A stretch of 32,000 bases of DNA, from the sequence record OZ244522.1; one strand, given 5' to 3'. Below, in pieces: positions 1 through 10,386 of the stretch (the stretch's first letter is position 1; every line of letters begins with the position of its first letter). The translations under genes and the position numbers were made by a program. The notes under the pieces were generated by a model. The model saw only the letters and a program-made list of their open reading frames with translations, ran no database searches and had not been told where the DNA came from.

Positions 1-167
1 GAAAACCCGTTAATGATCAACCATGGGAAGTTCCAGCTTTTTTTGATACTAGCGCCGAACTTTTTAATGAGACAGACTCAGAATCAGAATATGCTCAAGC
101 CTTAGAATGGTCATTAGAAAATCCTGTACCTTTCCACGGATTTACAGAATTACCGACTCAAAATTAA
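1..167 (+). CDS. cox1: cytochrome c oxidase subunit 1, C-terminal end (5'-partial; codons in phase from nt 3; stop TAA 165-167)
   Basis: Frame 3 gives KPVNDQPWEVPAFFDTSAELFNETDSESEYAQALEWSLENPVPFHGFTELPTQN*. The ALEWSL..P.PFH.F..LP block matches the conserved extreme C-terminus of fungal Cox1. It is too short for the 60-aa ORF track. Confidence 0.7.
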   Translation, partial: KPVNDQPWEVPAFFDTSAELFNETDSESEYAQALEWSLENPVPFHGFTELPTQN

Positions 168-781
168 GATACAAATATTTTTTTTTATATATAACCTTTT
201 TTGCTCTTAAATTTTCTATCCTTTCATTTATACCTTTTCATTAAGAATTTTAGAATAAATATTTAGATTAAAATTGTTCTAAGTTGTATTAGTGAGAGGT
301 ATGAAAGATAGCCCCTTAATATGCTCTGACCGTATACTGGTTTTTTTTCGTATCTTTTAGGTAAGGAATAGGCTAGGCGAAGAAGTGGCTAAATGGCAAA
401 TATTTGGATAGGTTTTATTCTTATATGCTGGAGCTTTTAACCTTAAACATTTATTCTCTTTGGGTATTTATTAACCTTTTGTATGTTATTAGTTTTTGGC
501 CTAAATTAAATTTTATAAGTTTTTAGTTAGTCAATTCCCTTTATAAAAATTAAGTAATATAGGGTATAGTTTTTATAATTAAAATAAAAATTTTCCTTAC
601 CTTATCTACGCTTATATTTTCTTCTTCAGTCTAGTCATACTTTAAGGTATAAGGTAAACATTATAAATGGAAAAGACTAGGAAGTATAAAAGGTAAGTAT
701 TAGAAATAATTAGAGGTAAATACTGGTAAGGATTAGGTGCGAAGAGGTACTCCACTCTTCCTTCTATAAATTCAGCTATTT

Positions 782-890
782 GTCCGGCGCCATACCCTTG
801 CTTTACTCCAGCCTTGAATTTTCCTCCTCCCCTTATCCCTTTCCACCCTTTTCTGGCCCTTTAGGAAATAAGGGAGGGTCACAGGGGAGA
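782..890. repeat. GC module (CT-rich arm, then GA-rich arm)
   Basis: ...ttcctcctccccttatccctttccacccttttctggccc / aggaaataagggagggtcacaggggag. ccttat pairs with ataagg, and cctcc with ggagg. Confidence 0.55.
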
Positions 891-2039
891 TGTTGTAGCT
901 GGATAATCTCCTAAAAGTACGATAGCTTGTTGGTACGTGGTGAAAATACTAATGTAAAAGGTAAGTAGAAATTTAAGGGTTTGGCTTAGTAGTCTTTTTA
1001 GTGCACGACCAGCTATAGATGTTAAGAAGAGGCCTCCTTTAATTTTATTCTATTAGCACAAGAAGTAATAATTTAATAGACATAAAGATCATAAGCCCTA
1101 AAGTTAAAGTTGGCTTCTTTATAAAATTTGATACCTCTAATTTACTTTTTTTATATAACATCGTCGGAGCCCTTCTCTATCTATTTATTATAGCTTCTGT
1201 ATTTTTTAATGCGTGTAGTTAATTTTGGAGATAGCTTAGAAAAATAATAGCTTTTAGTTTATGTATAAGAGAAGTTTAAATCTTAAATATTTTAGTTTTA
1301 GTCATTTTTCATTTTTCTATTTTTTTTTTGTCCTTTAAATATTTTAATTTATACGTTATTCACTCTTTTGTCGGTTAAATTTTTATTTCTAGGTCGGCGT
1401 ATTCCTTAAATTTTTAATTTAGGAAGTTTTCGAAAAAAAGAAATTCCGATGTATTTTTTTATTAGATAATTACTGGTGTAAAATCCAAAAAAAGAGTGGT
1501 TAGTTTCATCACATGAATAAGTTTTATCTTAGCCGCTCATTGCTCTTATCTTAATAATTAAGTAAACAGAAGGCAAGACCATAAACCCGGGACTGTACCT
1601 AAAATTCTATAATTATTTTAGTCTAAGCTGAACTATAAATAAAAGGAGATAGAGGTGTTTAAAGTGGCAGTTTCAATAAATTGATACTAGCATAAAATTT
1701 TATATTACAAAGGAAGATTGTTTTTTTTTTAATTTATTTTTAACCCCCTTAAAGATGGGTTTATTTAGCCTTTCTGATTATAACTTAAAATTCTTTCAGT
1801 AGTGCTGCGTAGCCCTTAAAAGTGAATAAAAAGGTTTTTTTTGTTGTTTTTTTGTTTTTTTTTTCTGTGAATTTATTCTATTTAAGCTAGTCTATTTAGC
1901 CTAAAAAAATTAGTTAGTGGTTTAGTCCTTAAAATCAGAATCTTTTACCTTTTTCACTTTTCTTCAGAAAAAAAAATAAATTTTAGTTAGTTTACTTAAT
2001 GATTCTTAGGAATATTTTATTTACTGGTATGAGGATTTT

Positions 2040-2082
2040 TTTATCGCTCCGCGCAAGACACTTTATTTATCGCTCCGCGCAA
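2040..2082 (+). repeat. two direct copies of tttatCGCTCCGCGCaa (2040-2056 and 2066-2082)
   Basis: Read directly: ...tttttttatcgctccgcgcaagacactttatttatcgctccgcgcaatatg... Confidence 0.9.
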
Positions 2083-2536
2083 TATGTTTAATCTAAAGAG
2101 CTTTTGTACTAGTTAGTAACAAAAAAATTTTTTTTTTTCTTTTTTTTTTTTTTTTAATCTTTTAACTGAAAAGGAGACCTGCCCTCCAATAAAATTTTAT
2201 TAAAATAAAAAGAGTCTAGATTTATCTTAAAAGAAGTGGTTTTTAAAGAGAATACTTAAAATTTAAATAAAAAACATTTGTTCCCTGCCTTAACTCAGGG
2301 TCTTACTCCTTTAGTAAAAAATTTATTTTAAAAATAAAAGTAGAAGGTTTATTTGCTAATTCTTTATTTCTTCTTAGTATAAAATTTATATTGTTTTTTT
2401 CTGTCTCTTTTTCTCCTAAAAATACATAAGTTTAAATGCAGCTAGGGCTAAGTCATGAAATTTAATTTCTTTTTATTTTTTTTTTTTAATCTCTTAATTC
2501 TTTTTATAATTAGACTTTTTTTTTAATATCCTTTTT

Positions 2537-2607
2537 AAGCTCATAATTTAAAGGTAGAATAATTTCTTGATGAGAAATCTGTAGAAGTTCAAATCTTCTT
2601 GGGCTTA
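2537..2607 (+). tRNA. trnI: tRNA-Ile (anticodon GAU)
   Basis: Hand-folded cloverleaf. Acceptor aagctca/tgggctt (7 bp, one G-U). D stem attt/gaat. Anticodon stem atttc/gaaat with loop ttGATga. T stem agaag/cttct with loop ttcaaat. Discriminator a. Length 71 nt. Confidence 0.85.
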
Positions 2608-2773
2608 TTAGAAAAATTTTTATTTTTTTAGTTTCTAAAATTGAAATTGTTTTTTTTAAGTAAACTGACCTTAAAATTTATAACTGATTGTTCGTTAACT
2701 TGATTAAAGCTTTATTTGTCTTTTTCTAATCAATAAATAAATTTAAGACAATAAAAAAAAAATAGGGGTATAA

Positions 2774-2847
2774 GGTAAAATTAGTTTAACTGGTAGAATT
2801 ACGTCTTGTGGCGACGGCAGGTCAGAGTTCAAATCTCTGATTTTACC
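2774..2847 (+). tRNA. trnH: tRNA-His (anticodon GUG) with encoded G-1
   Basis: Acceptor gtaaaat/attttac (7 perfect bp), preceded by an extra G (2774) opposite discriminator C (2847), the His-specific G-1:C73 signature. Anticodon stem (a)cgtc/gacg(g) with loop ttGTGgc. T stem cagag/ctctg with loop ttcaaat. Confidence 0.85.
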
Positions 2848-3048
2848 CTAAGTTAAAAATTAAAACTTAAAAAGAATAGGATAAAAATCACTAAAAATAA
2901 TTCTTTTACTTTTAACTAATTCTTAAAAAAAAAAGGAATTTTAATAAATAAATTATAAAGAAGAAAATAATATTAACAAATTTAAAGTTTTTACAGTATT
3001 TAAATCATATTCTGAAAAAAAAAGGATTGATCCAGAAGATTTAAAGAT

Positions 3049-3076
3049 TGCGCGGAGCGAGCGCGGAGCGATAAAT
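3049..3076 (-). repeat. two abutting copies of the CGCTCCGCGC motif in inverted orientation
   Basis: ttgcgcggagcgagcgcggagcgataaa. Its reverse complement, tttatcgctccgcgctcgctccgcgcaa, matches the 2040-2082 pair minus the spacer. Confidence 0.9.
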
Positions 3077-3810
3077 TTAAATAAATTATAATTAAAAAAT
3101 TATGTATTATTTTTTCTTTAAGGGCTACGTCGCTCTTGGTTTCGTGATTAATTGATGTAAAAGATCGAAATAAAAAAATTTAAAATTTTAATAATTTTTT
3201 TATTATTGGACTGTTAATTGTCAGATATATAAAATAAATAATTTGTAAAAGTATGGAACTTAAAATATACACAGAGGTTAAGATATCTAATACTGGAATT
3301 ATTCTGCCTTTCGGTTCGGGCCTTATTTGCAATAAAAATAATTTAGTTAAGGTTTTTGGTAAATTTAAAATATGTATTTGCGAAAGAATTCGCGGTAATA
3401 AAATAGAAAATAATTAATAAAAAAAAAAGAGGGTGATCTTTCTCCTTGCTTTTACTCTCTAAAAGCTAGAAAACAGAGTCAGACAAGTAAATCGGAGGCC
3501 TTACACTTAAAAAAAAAAAGTTTACCTCTCCTGCAATTTATCGCCCATTTAGCCTCTAGGATAAAAGGGCGAATTTAGTTTCAGAATAAAAATAATAATT
3601 AAAATCTAACACTTGCTAGCTTTGCCCTTATATAATTGAATCTTCCTTTTTTTAATGTATACTTTACTCTTAATCCAGAAGGTTTAAAATAGAAATAGAA
3701 TTAAATTAACTTACCCTTAAATTTTATATCATTATATATTTTAATAATAAATTACACACAGTTAATCCCTTAACCTAGTCCCTCATTCTTTTTTAATTTC
3801 AGCCATTTTT

Positions 3811-3896
3811 CCTGCCCGCTTATATTTTAACCCCAACCCTTTACTTATATTATATTTTCCTAATTGTTAGGTTTGGGAGGTGTGAGGGGTATAGGT
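3811..3896. repeat. GC module
   Basis: cctgcccgct..ccccaacccttta / ggtttgggaggtgtgaggggtatagg. Confidence 0.45.
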
Positions 3897-4046
3897 CCAG
3901 TACCTAATTAAGGTTTATTAGGTTTGATTGAATAATAAACGACACGGGCGTAAAGCTGAAGGTCTAAAAATAATAAGATAAAAATCTTCTGTTAAAACTC
4001 TTCTATTAAGCTCACTTCTCTTTATTTGTGTGTTTTTTACTTTTGT

Positions 4047-4090
4047 CGCTCCGTGCTCGTTCCGCGCTCGCTCCGCGCTCGGTCCGCGCT
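4047..4090 (+). repeat. tandem array of four 11-nt units, TCGCTCCGCGC-like
   Basis: tcgctccgtgc tcgttccgcgc tcgctccgcgc tcggtccgcgc t. Confidence 0.9.
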
Positions 4091-4290
4091 AAAAATGCGT
4101 ATTTTATATTTTAAAATTGGTGACTTATCCGTTTACTTAGTTTTATACCTGCTTCATATTCTAAGGTTAAAACAAGAAAGATATAAAAATTTAATGATTT
4201 AAAGGCTATCCCTTAAAATTTTTCGATGTTTTAAATCTATCTCTTCCGTAAAGGGTCAAGGGGTTAAATTATTCTTTATTTCTGGGTTTA

Positions 4291-4345
4291 TTTCCCTCTC
4301 CTCTCTGGCCTTTTTTTATCTGTTGAGGAATTTTGAGGGGTGGAA
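4291..4345. repeat. GC module
   Basis: tttccctctcctctctggcc / gaggaattttgaggggtggaaaaa. Confidence 0.5.
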
Positions 4346-5055
4346 AAATATTTATAAGGCAAAGTATGCGAAACCTCTAATAACTCTAACTCTCACTGTA
4401 AAAAGTTCTAGGTGTTTTCCTTTCTTGATTCTATTAAAAAAGTTTTTAAAATAAAAGGAAAGGCAGTCAATAAACAATAAGATGCTAAAATAGTAATTAT
4501 TTGTAAAATATATTATCAAATAAAAATTTTATTCTAGTTTTAGTTAAGACTTATGTAGTTAAATTTTACAGTTATTAGGCGAAGTATGTTAATAATTTTA
4601 TTTTTGATTTATTAAGTTATAATACCCCCATATTTTACTTATAAATATTTAGATTAAAATTCAGTTTTTAAAAAAGTAAAGAATCTAAATTCTATATCTC
4701 TTTTTAATATTTACAAAATAAATCTTATAGATACAAATTCTAACCTTGGTTAAATTTTTAAGATTTCCTTTTTTTTTATCCCTTATCTTTAAGTCTAAGT
4801 CTTAAGCGAAGCTTATTATTAACAAATCAGATAGGACAAGCAGCCTAGACCTTGCCACAATTTTCCATCTGTGTGGTTATAAGTAATTTATCATGAGCTA
4901 TTCTCTCTATAGCCTTATTTCAATTATTAAAATTTATCCTAAAGTTTACTAGGACAGAGTCAAATCATTTGGGTTTTACAAAACAAAACTTAATTAATTA
5001 GGTTAGAAAAAAGTTACTACTTTTCAAGTTTAATAAGCTAATCTGTTTACTTTTT

Positions 5056-5078
5056 TTGGCTGACTGGCGGAGGCCACT
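5056..5078 (+). repeat. GC-rich 23-mer, ttGGCTGACTGGCGGAGGCCACT
   Basis: A near-identical copy lies at 11999-12022. Both are preceded by tactttt. Confidence 0.8.
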
Positions 5079-5238
5079 AAGAGCTCTAAAAAATGGCTAA
5101 CCCTTAATTTCTTTTTATAATGTTTTGAAACGTAACAGGCAAGCTTTTTAACCTTTATTAAGCTTTATTAATCTTTATTACCTTTTTTTTTACTTTATAT
5201 GTAATAAGTCTTCAAAAAGAAAAATGGTATGAGTTAAA

Positions 5239-5309
5239 CCTTCGCCCTTTTACCTCCCCCCCCGCCTCCTTGCACTTTGGGGATAAGGGTAAAGGGGGAG
5301 GAGGTTGAG
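5239..5309. repeat. GC module
   Basis: ccttcgcccttttacctccccccccgcctcc / ggggataagggtaaagggggaggaggttgag. Confidence 0.55.
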
Positions 5310-5340
5310 AGATATAAAAATCAACCAGCAAGATTAAATT

Positions 5341-5485
5341 TTCTCCATTCCTTTCTCCTATCCACCCTCGCCCTGTCCGCCTATCGCCCTTACCACCTCT
5401 TGTTGGCCCGAAAGGAAAATAGGGATAGGTAATAATGGTTGGATATGTAAAAAGGGGGGTAGGGATAGGTAACAAGGTTAGAGAT
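5341..5485. repeat. GC module (long)
   Basis: ttctccattcctttctcctatccaccctcgccctgtccgcctatcgcccttaccacctc / ggcccgaaaggaaaatagggataggtaa...aaaaggggggtagggataggtaacaagg. Confidence 0.55.
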
Positions 5486-5502
5486 GTAACGGTATTGCGG
5501 TT

Positions 5503-5517
5503 TCTCGCTCCGCGCTT
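5503..5517 (+). repeat. single CGCTCCGCGC motif copy
   Basis: tctcgctccgcgctt. Confidence 0.8.
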
Positions 5518-5967
5518 ATAATAAGAGGGTTAGCTCCTCCCTTTTAGTTTTAATTCAATATCGCCGTAGCTTTTCAGCCCTATAGTTTTAACTCTTTTTA
5601 TAGCGTATCTGAGAATATTTTTTACCTAATGTTCGATTAATAAAATAATTATAATTCAAAACTATGTTTATTTTTGACCTTGGAATAAAAAAGATTTTTT
5701 AATAAAATAAAATAATTTTCTTTAATAAATTAGAATGTAACCCTTAAAAAAACATTTGTCATAGTTAAAAACATAAAAAAAATTTTTATAACTTTATTCT
5801 TTATTTTAACGTTGAGTATACAGAACTTTAAAAGCTTGTTTGAAAAGTTTGATAAGAATAGGTAAAATCTATAATATAAAAATAAAATTAAGTAACAGGA
5901 GTCTTTTTTATTTTAATAAATGAGACACGTTAGCTGTCTAAGACACTATGGGAAAAAATTTTAAACC

Positions 5968-6150
5968 AGCTCCTTTATATCCCCCGTACTTTCCCGTCTT
6001 CCTATTTTTTTATTTAGTGATATCTAGCTTTGAAGCCTGATTTCCTTTCCCACTTTATTCTTGTTTTCGATCTTCTAGCTATCTTATTCCTTTCCACCTT
6101 CCTTGGTCTTTAGACTCAGGTCAGAGAGGGAGTGGCGAAAAAAGGGGGCA
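5968..6150. repeat. GC module (long CT arm)
   Basis: gctcctttatatcccccgtactttcccgtcttcc...ttcctttccaccttccttgg / caggtcagagagggagtggcgaaaaaagggggcac. Confidence 0.5.
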
Positions 6151-6267
6151 CTTTCTTTTTTTAAAAATAAAAATGTGGAGGTCTTGACAAAATAAGTTAT
6201 AAAGGCTGTCTAATCTAAAAGGTCCAGGTATAGTCTAATATTTGTCTGTATATACAAAATAAATAAG

Positions 6268-6340
6268 GCTGAAATAGTTTAAATGGTTAAAACATACCAC
6301 TCATGACGGTAAAAAAAAGGTTCAATTCCTTTTTTCAGCT
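6268..6340 (+). tRNA. trnM: tRNA-Met (anticodon CAU; initiator, elongator or lysidine-Ile cannot be decided)
   Basis: Acceptor gctgaaa/tttcagc (7 perfect bp). D stem gttt/aaac. Anticodon stem tacc(a)/(c)ggta with loop ctCATga. T stem aaagg/ccttt with loop ttcaatt. Length 73 nt. Confidence 0.85.
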
Positions 6341-7136
6341 TTAAATTTAAGGTGTATTGCTGTTATTTTTTATGATTATTTTTTTTTTTTAATTAAATTA
6401 AGAGTTTGGCGGTTTAGCCCTTAAAAGAATAAGTGTCTTAAACCATTTATATAGAGGCTAGGGCATAGAAGGTTAAACCTTATAAAAATTAATTGTTTTT
6501 TTTTTTTTTAATTTTTTCTATATATTAGGCTTATTAACCGTAATATTTAAAAATTATTTATAATAAAAATTACTAATTAACTTACAAAAAATTAGTGGCG
6601 GCTCATGTTTACTTGACTTCTTAATTACATCAAATTATCTCCTTTTTCTTATGAGTATATTTACAGTTTAATTTCTAACATGTGTCCTATTTCGTGGCCT
6701 ACTACCGTTTTTATAGGGCTAAGTTTTTGCTGATATCTGGGCCTCCATTTTTTTTTTTAATTTGAAAGCCGGAAAATATAGATAAAGGGCTAAAATCTGA
6801 TTAGCCTATTTCCAGCATTATTGCCTTAAGAGGCGTTTAGGTGATGATATTCTTTTCAGTCCTTGCGTTTATGTTATAAGAAAATTATGGGTTTTAAATT
6901 TTATGAACTAAGATATAAAATTTTATTGAAAAATATGGGATCGGTCAGCTTACAGTTATTTATAATAGCTCCTTAGTCTTTTTTTCCTTTCTCTTTATTG
7001 GGCGGTAAGTAAAATAATTTACTAATGTCTCTTACCTTCTAGGCGTCCGTCTACCAGCCAGCGAATTAATCTCTGTTTCTTAAATATCTCTCTCTCAAAA
7101 TATCTTAACTTTTCGTTTCGGTTTTCTTATTTTTTT

Positions 7137-7345
7137 TTTCTTTCGCTCTTCCGACTCTCGGCTTGTTTTATTAGGGCCTCGGGTTTTCCGGTTCTTTTTA
7201 TTTCTCCTATTCTACCCCTCACCTGATTAGTCCCCTTATGGGTCGAGGTTAAAGCGTAACATAGGGTTATAAGTAGGAAGAAGTATAAGGAGAGGGGAAA
7301 GGAAATGGCAAGAAGGGGTAGGGGTGCGGAGAGGGTGGGGGAAAT
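7137..7345. repeat. GC module (long)
   Basis: ttttctttcgctcttccgactctcgg...tttctcctattctacccctcacc / aagtaggaagaagtataaggagaggggaaaggaaatggcaagaaggggtaggggtgcggagagggtggggg. Confidence 0.55.
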
Positions 7346-8530
7346 CACTAAAACGTGAACTTTCACCACCTCTGATCCCTTCCGGGCTTATTTACTAGCT
7401 ATGTCCGTGTATAAAAATGATCAGGTTTGGGGTTCTTTAAAAATCTCTGCAGGATTGGGAATACAGGGTGCTAAGGGGTAGGGGAAATTTTATAATTAGT
7501 GTAAAAAAATAAAATATGGGAGAAAATTTTTTAAAGGAAAGTAGGCTGGCAAATTACTTATATTATGGATATTCTTTCCTAAAAACTCACTCCCTAATTT
7601 TTTAATCTATCCTATAAATTTTCAGTTTTATTCTAAAAAAAAATTATTACTTGAGGGTTGATTAACCCTTACGGCCACCTCACTGCCGGGTGACTTAAAC
7701 TTTATAAATTTAAATTTTTTCTATAGCTCCGCTTTATGGAGGCTACCAGTCCAGAGTCTTCAATGTTTACTATTATAAGCATAACAAGATTAAACAAGTA
7801 ATACCTTTTTTTATATTAATATAAAAGCTTAAAATTTAATTTAAGTATATTTGTTAGATATCTTAATACTAAGTATTCGTAATACATAAAAATAGAATCA
7901 GTAAGTGACTAGCCCTTAAATGTTAGCAATAAGGTGAGAAAGCCTCCAATAAAAAAACAAACAAAAAATAGAATTCGATTATTTTTTCGATTTTCTTACA
8001 TCACCCTTTTAAATTATTAAGTCAGAGGAACCTTGATTTTTTATCAAGGGCTGTCTTTTTTTCTTAATCTTACAGCAAACACAACATTACGATTTTCCTT
8101 TTAAAATTTTTTTTATTCTTATTTAACCATTGAGTGTTGGGTGCTATATCTCTTCTAAATACAAGATATTGCCTAAATTTTCTTTTGGTAAAATACTTCT
8201 TTTTAATCTGCTTTATTTTTTAATATTTCCTTCCGCTCATTCTAGTTAAGACTTCTTAATTTCGGAAAATAGGATTTGGCTCAGTTATAATTAATCTCTC
8301 TTTAGCTTATTATCTTGGCTATCTTTATAATTAAATCTATGGCTTTTTCCACTTCTCCTATCTATTAAAATTTATTTTATTTCGGTTAAAGCTAAAGCAT
8401 AGTAAGTTAATACAATAGCTTTTATTATTTTTTTTTATTCAAAATTTTTCAATTTAATAGTCTAAAGTTTAATATTAAGGTTCTACCTGATATGCTAAAA
8501 TCAGCTAAATTATTTCTTAAAATTTTACTT

Positions 8531-8640
8531 CTCTCCTTATATCTTGCCGGACCTATCCCCAGTTATCGCCTTTTTTTACCTGTTCATAAGGAAAGGAAAG
8601 TTTCGAATAGGAAGAGGGGGTGGAAAAAAGTACAGGGGTG
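8531..8640. repeat. GC module
   Basis: ctctccttatatcttgccggacctatccccagttatcgcc / aaggaaaggaaagtttcgaataggaagagggggtggaaaaaagtacaggggtg. Confidence 0.55.
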
Positions 8641-9183
8641 ACACAAAAAATAAAAATTTACAAAATTTTAAAGACAGGAAAAAATTAGTAGTAGAAAAAT
8701 ATGTTAAAATTTAATTTAGAATAAGCTGGAAAGATTCGCAGGGAAATAAAAAAGGGGAAATAAGATTAAGGAAATTAGCCCAGCCTTATGTTTCTAATAT
8801 AGTTAGAAGAAGGAGCTCTTTTGAGTCCTTAAATTATTAAATAAGGATAACTTAACTTTTAGCACAGAATCTAAAGTTTTTTCCTAAAATTTTGATTTTA
8901 CAAAACTCTCTCAGAAAAGAACCCTTTTAAGTTTTTCTAAATTACTTCGAATTTTATTCTCCCAGGTGTTGAGTAAATGTCAGTCTACTGTTAATTCAGT
9001 TTAAGTAATTGAAAGGTAAAAAGACTGACTTAAAAAAATTTGTTTTTTTATCTTTTTTCTACTTAAAGAATAAAAAAGTTTTTTATAAAAGACAAAGTAG
9101 ATCTTCTACTTTAAGGAAAACAAGGAATTGGTAATAAATTTAGTTTAAAATAAAAAATATAGAAAATTATAAATACTCAAAAT

Positions 9184-9822
9184 TTGAACAATATTTTTAG
9201 CACACTTATTAGTTTAATGGATGTATTAAGTGTTTTAATCCCTATGTTATTAGCGGTGGCATTTATGACTATTATTGAAAGAAAGCAATTAGCTGCCCAT
9301 CAAAGACGTGTAGGTCCTACAGATGTTGGAATGTTTGGAGTACTTCAACCATTTGCCGATGCTTTAAAATTAATACTTAAAGAAACAATAGTACCTTCTC
9401 AATCTAATAAGGTTTTATTTTATTTATCACCAGTTGTAACTTTAATTTTTAGTTTACTAGGTTGGGGTATAATTCCTTTTGGAGAAGGTTTAGCTATTTT
9501 TGATTTTTCAATGGGAGTATTATATACTTTAGCTCTATCTTCTTTAGGAGTATATGGAATTTTATTTAGTGGTTGGTCTGCTAACTCTAAATATGCATTT
9601 TTAGGATCTCTTAGAAGTACTGCTTCAATGATTTCATATGAATTAATTTTAAGTTCAGCAATCTTAATAATTATAATATTAACAGGCTCATTTAATTTCA
9701 CAACTATTATTGAACATCAACAAACAATATGGTTTATCATTCCATTACTCCCTGTTTTTATTTTCTATTTTATTTCTATCTTGGCAGAAACGTCTCGTAC
9801 CCCTTTCGATCTTCAAGAGGCT
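9184..9822 (+). CDS. nad1: NADH dehydrogenase subunit 1, exon 1
   Basis: The track ORF 9184..9837 contains ...AFMTIIERKQLAAHQRRVGP..GVLQPFADALKL...SGWSANSKYAFLGSLRSTASMISYE...LAETSRTPFDLQEA, typical NAD1 up to the FDLxEA(E) motif. After GCT (9820-9822) the frame runs into KFLH*. The start is uncertain: TTG 9184 is used by the track, in-frame ATT 9166 and ATA 9169 follow TAG 9160-9162, and the first ATG is 9217. Confidence 0.85.
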
Positions 9823-9844
9823 AAATTTCTACATTAATGATTTG

Positions 9845-9927
9845 GTCTCTTCTCTCCCACTATTAAGGTTTTATCTGTATATTCTATTAGGGAAAACTTT
9901 GGCCCTTGTTAAGGGATGGGAGCGAAA
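9845..9927. repeat. GC module inside the nad1 intron, 23 nt after the 5' splice site
   Basis: gtctcttctctcccac / agggaaaactttggcccttgttaagggatgggagcgaaaa. Confidence 0.45.
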
Positions 9928-10386
9928 ATTTTTACTATATGCTTGAAAATCTTAAATTTAAACTTACAATCTTTTATATATTGGTGCGATACTTAGCTAT
10001 TTTATTTAGCAGAGATAAATTTATCCAATACTAAAAAAACATAGTAAAAATGGTTTAAATAAAGACTATTAGCAGTACTCTTAGGTACTCAGAGATTTTA
10101 CGTAATAGTTTTATTTTTATTAATTTTTCCTGCTTTATAATTATTTAAAATAGTACAAAACCTACTGAAGCTGGTTATAATTCAATAAAAATATTTCAAG
10201 AAAAAATCCTATTTATACTTAAAATTTTCCTTATTTCTATCGTAATATGTACTGACTTGATAAAATTTATAAGTGCATAAAGAGGTTTAACTCCTTTAAA
10301 TAATAAAGAAACAAGGTGTTATATTTTTTTAATTTATATTTTCTATATTCTTAAGTTAGGCGCTCAGGCGAGAAATATACGTATAA

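Noticed and set aside
3253-3417. 54-codon ATG ORF (MELKIYTEVKISNTGIILPFGSGLICNKNN...)
   Set aside because: It shows no similarity to atp8, atp9, nad3, nad4L or rps3 that I can recognise. It is short and surrounded by homopolymer runs.
4047-4090. Possible CRISPR-like or minisatellite array
   Set aside because: It has only four 11-nt units, no spacers and a mitochondrial context. It is a GC-cluster tandem repeat, not CRISPR.
5212-5475. 87-aa minus-strand ORF (P/G/L-rich)
   Set aside because: It lies entirely inside two GC modules. The translation is low-complexity, with no recognisable domain, and it is open only because CT/GA tracts lack stop codons.
6605-6770. Hydrophobic ORF of about 55 codons, open only if two TGA codons are read as Trp (MFTWLLNYIKLSPFSYEY...)
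   Set aside because: It does not resemble atp8 or any other small mitochondrial protein, and it ends in a poly-T run. It is likely chance.
7127-7369. 80-aa minus-strand ORF
   Set aside because: Same situation: it spans the CT and GA arms of the module at 7137-7345, is low-complexity and has no homology that I recognise.
7485-7507. 22 of 23-nt identity between a spacer (aaattttataattagtgtaaaaa) and the 3' end of cob intron 4 (26179-26201)
   Set aside because: It is almost pure A/T. By a rough estimate, matches of this length are only marginally unexpected in DNA this AT-rich, and no similarity extends into the flanks.
168-9183. Search for rns/rnl segments (gtgccagcagycgcggtaa, gacggaaagaccc and similar)
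   Set aside because: None of the universally conserved rRNA strings is present in this interval or anywhere else in the window. The closest, ggacggaaagag at 14314, lacks any surrounding conservation.
9420-9946. ORFs 9420..9701(-) and 9710..9946(+)
   Set aside because: They are antisense to, or out of frame with, nad1 exon 1, and run across the exon/intron border. The nad1 frame has clear homology and these do not.
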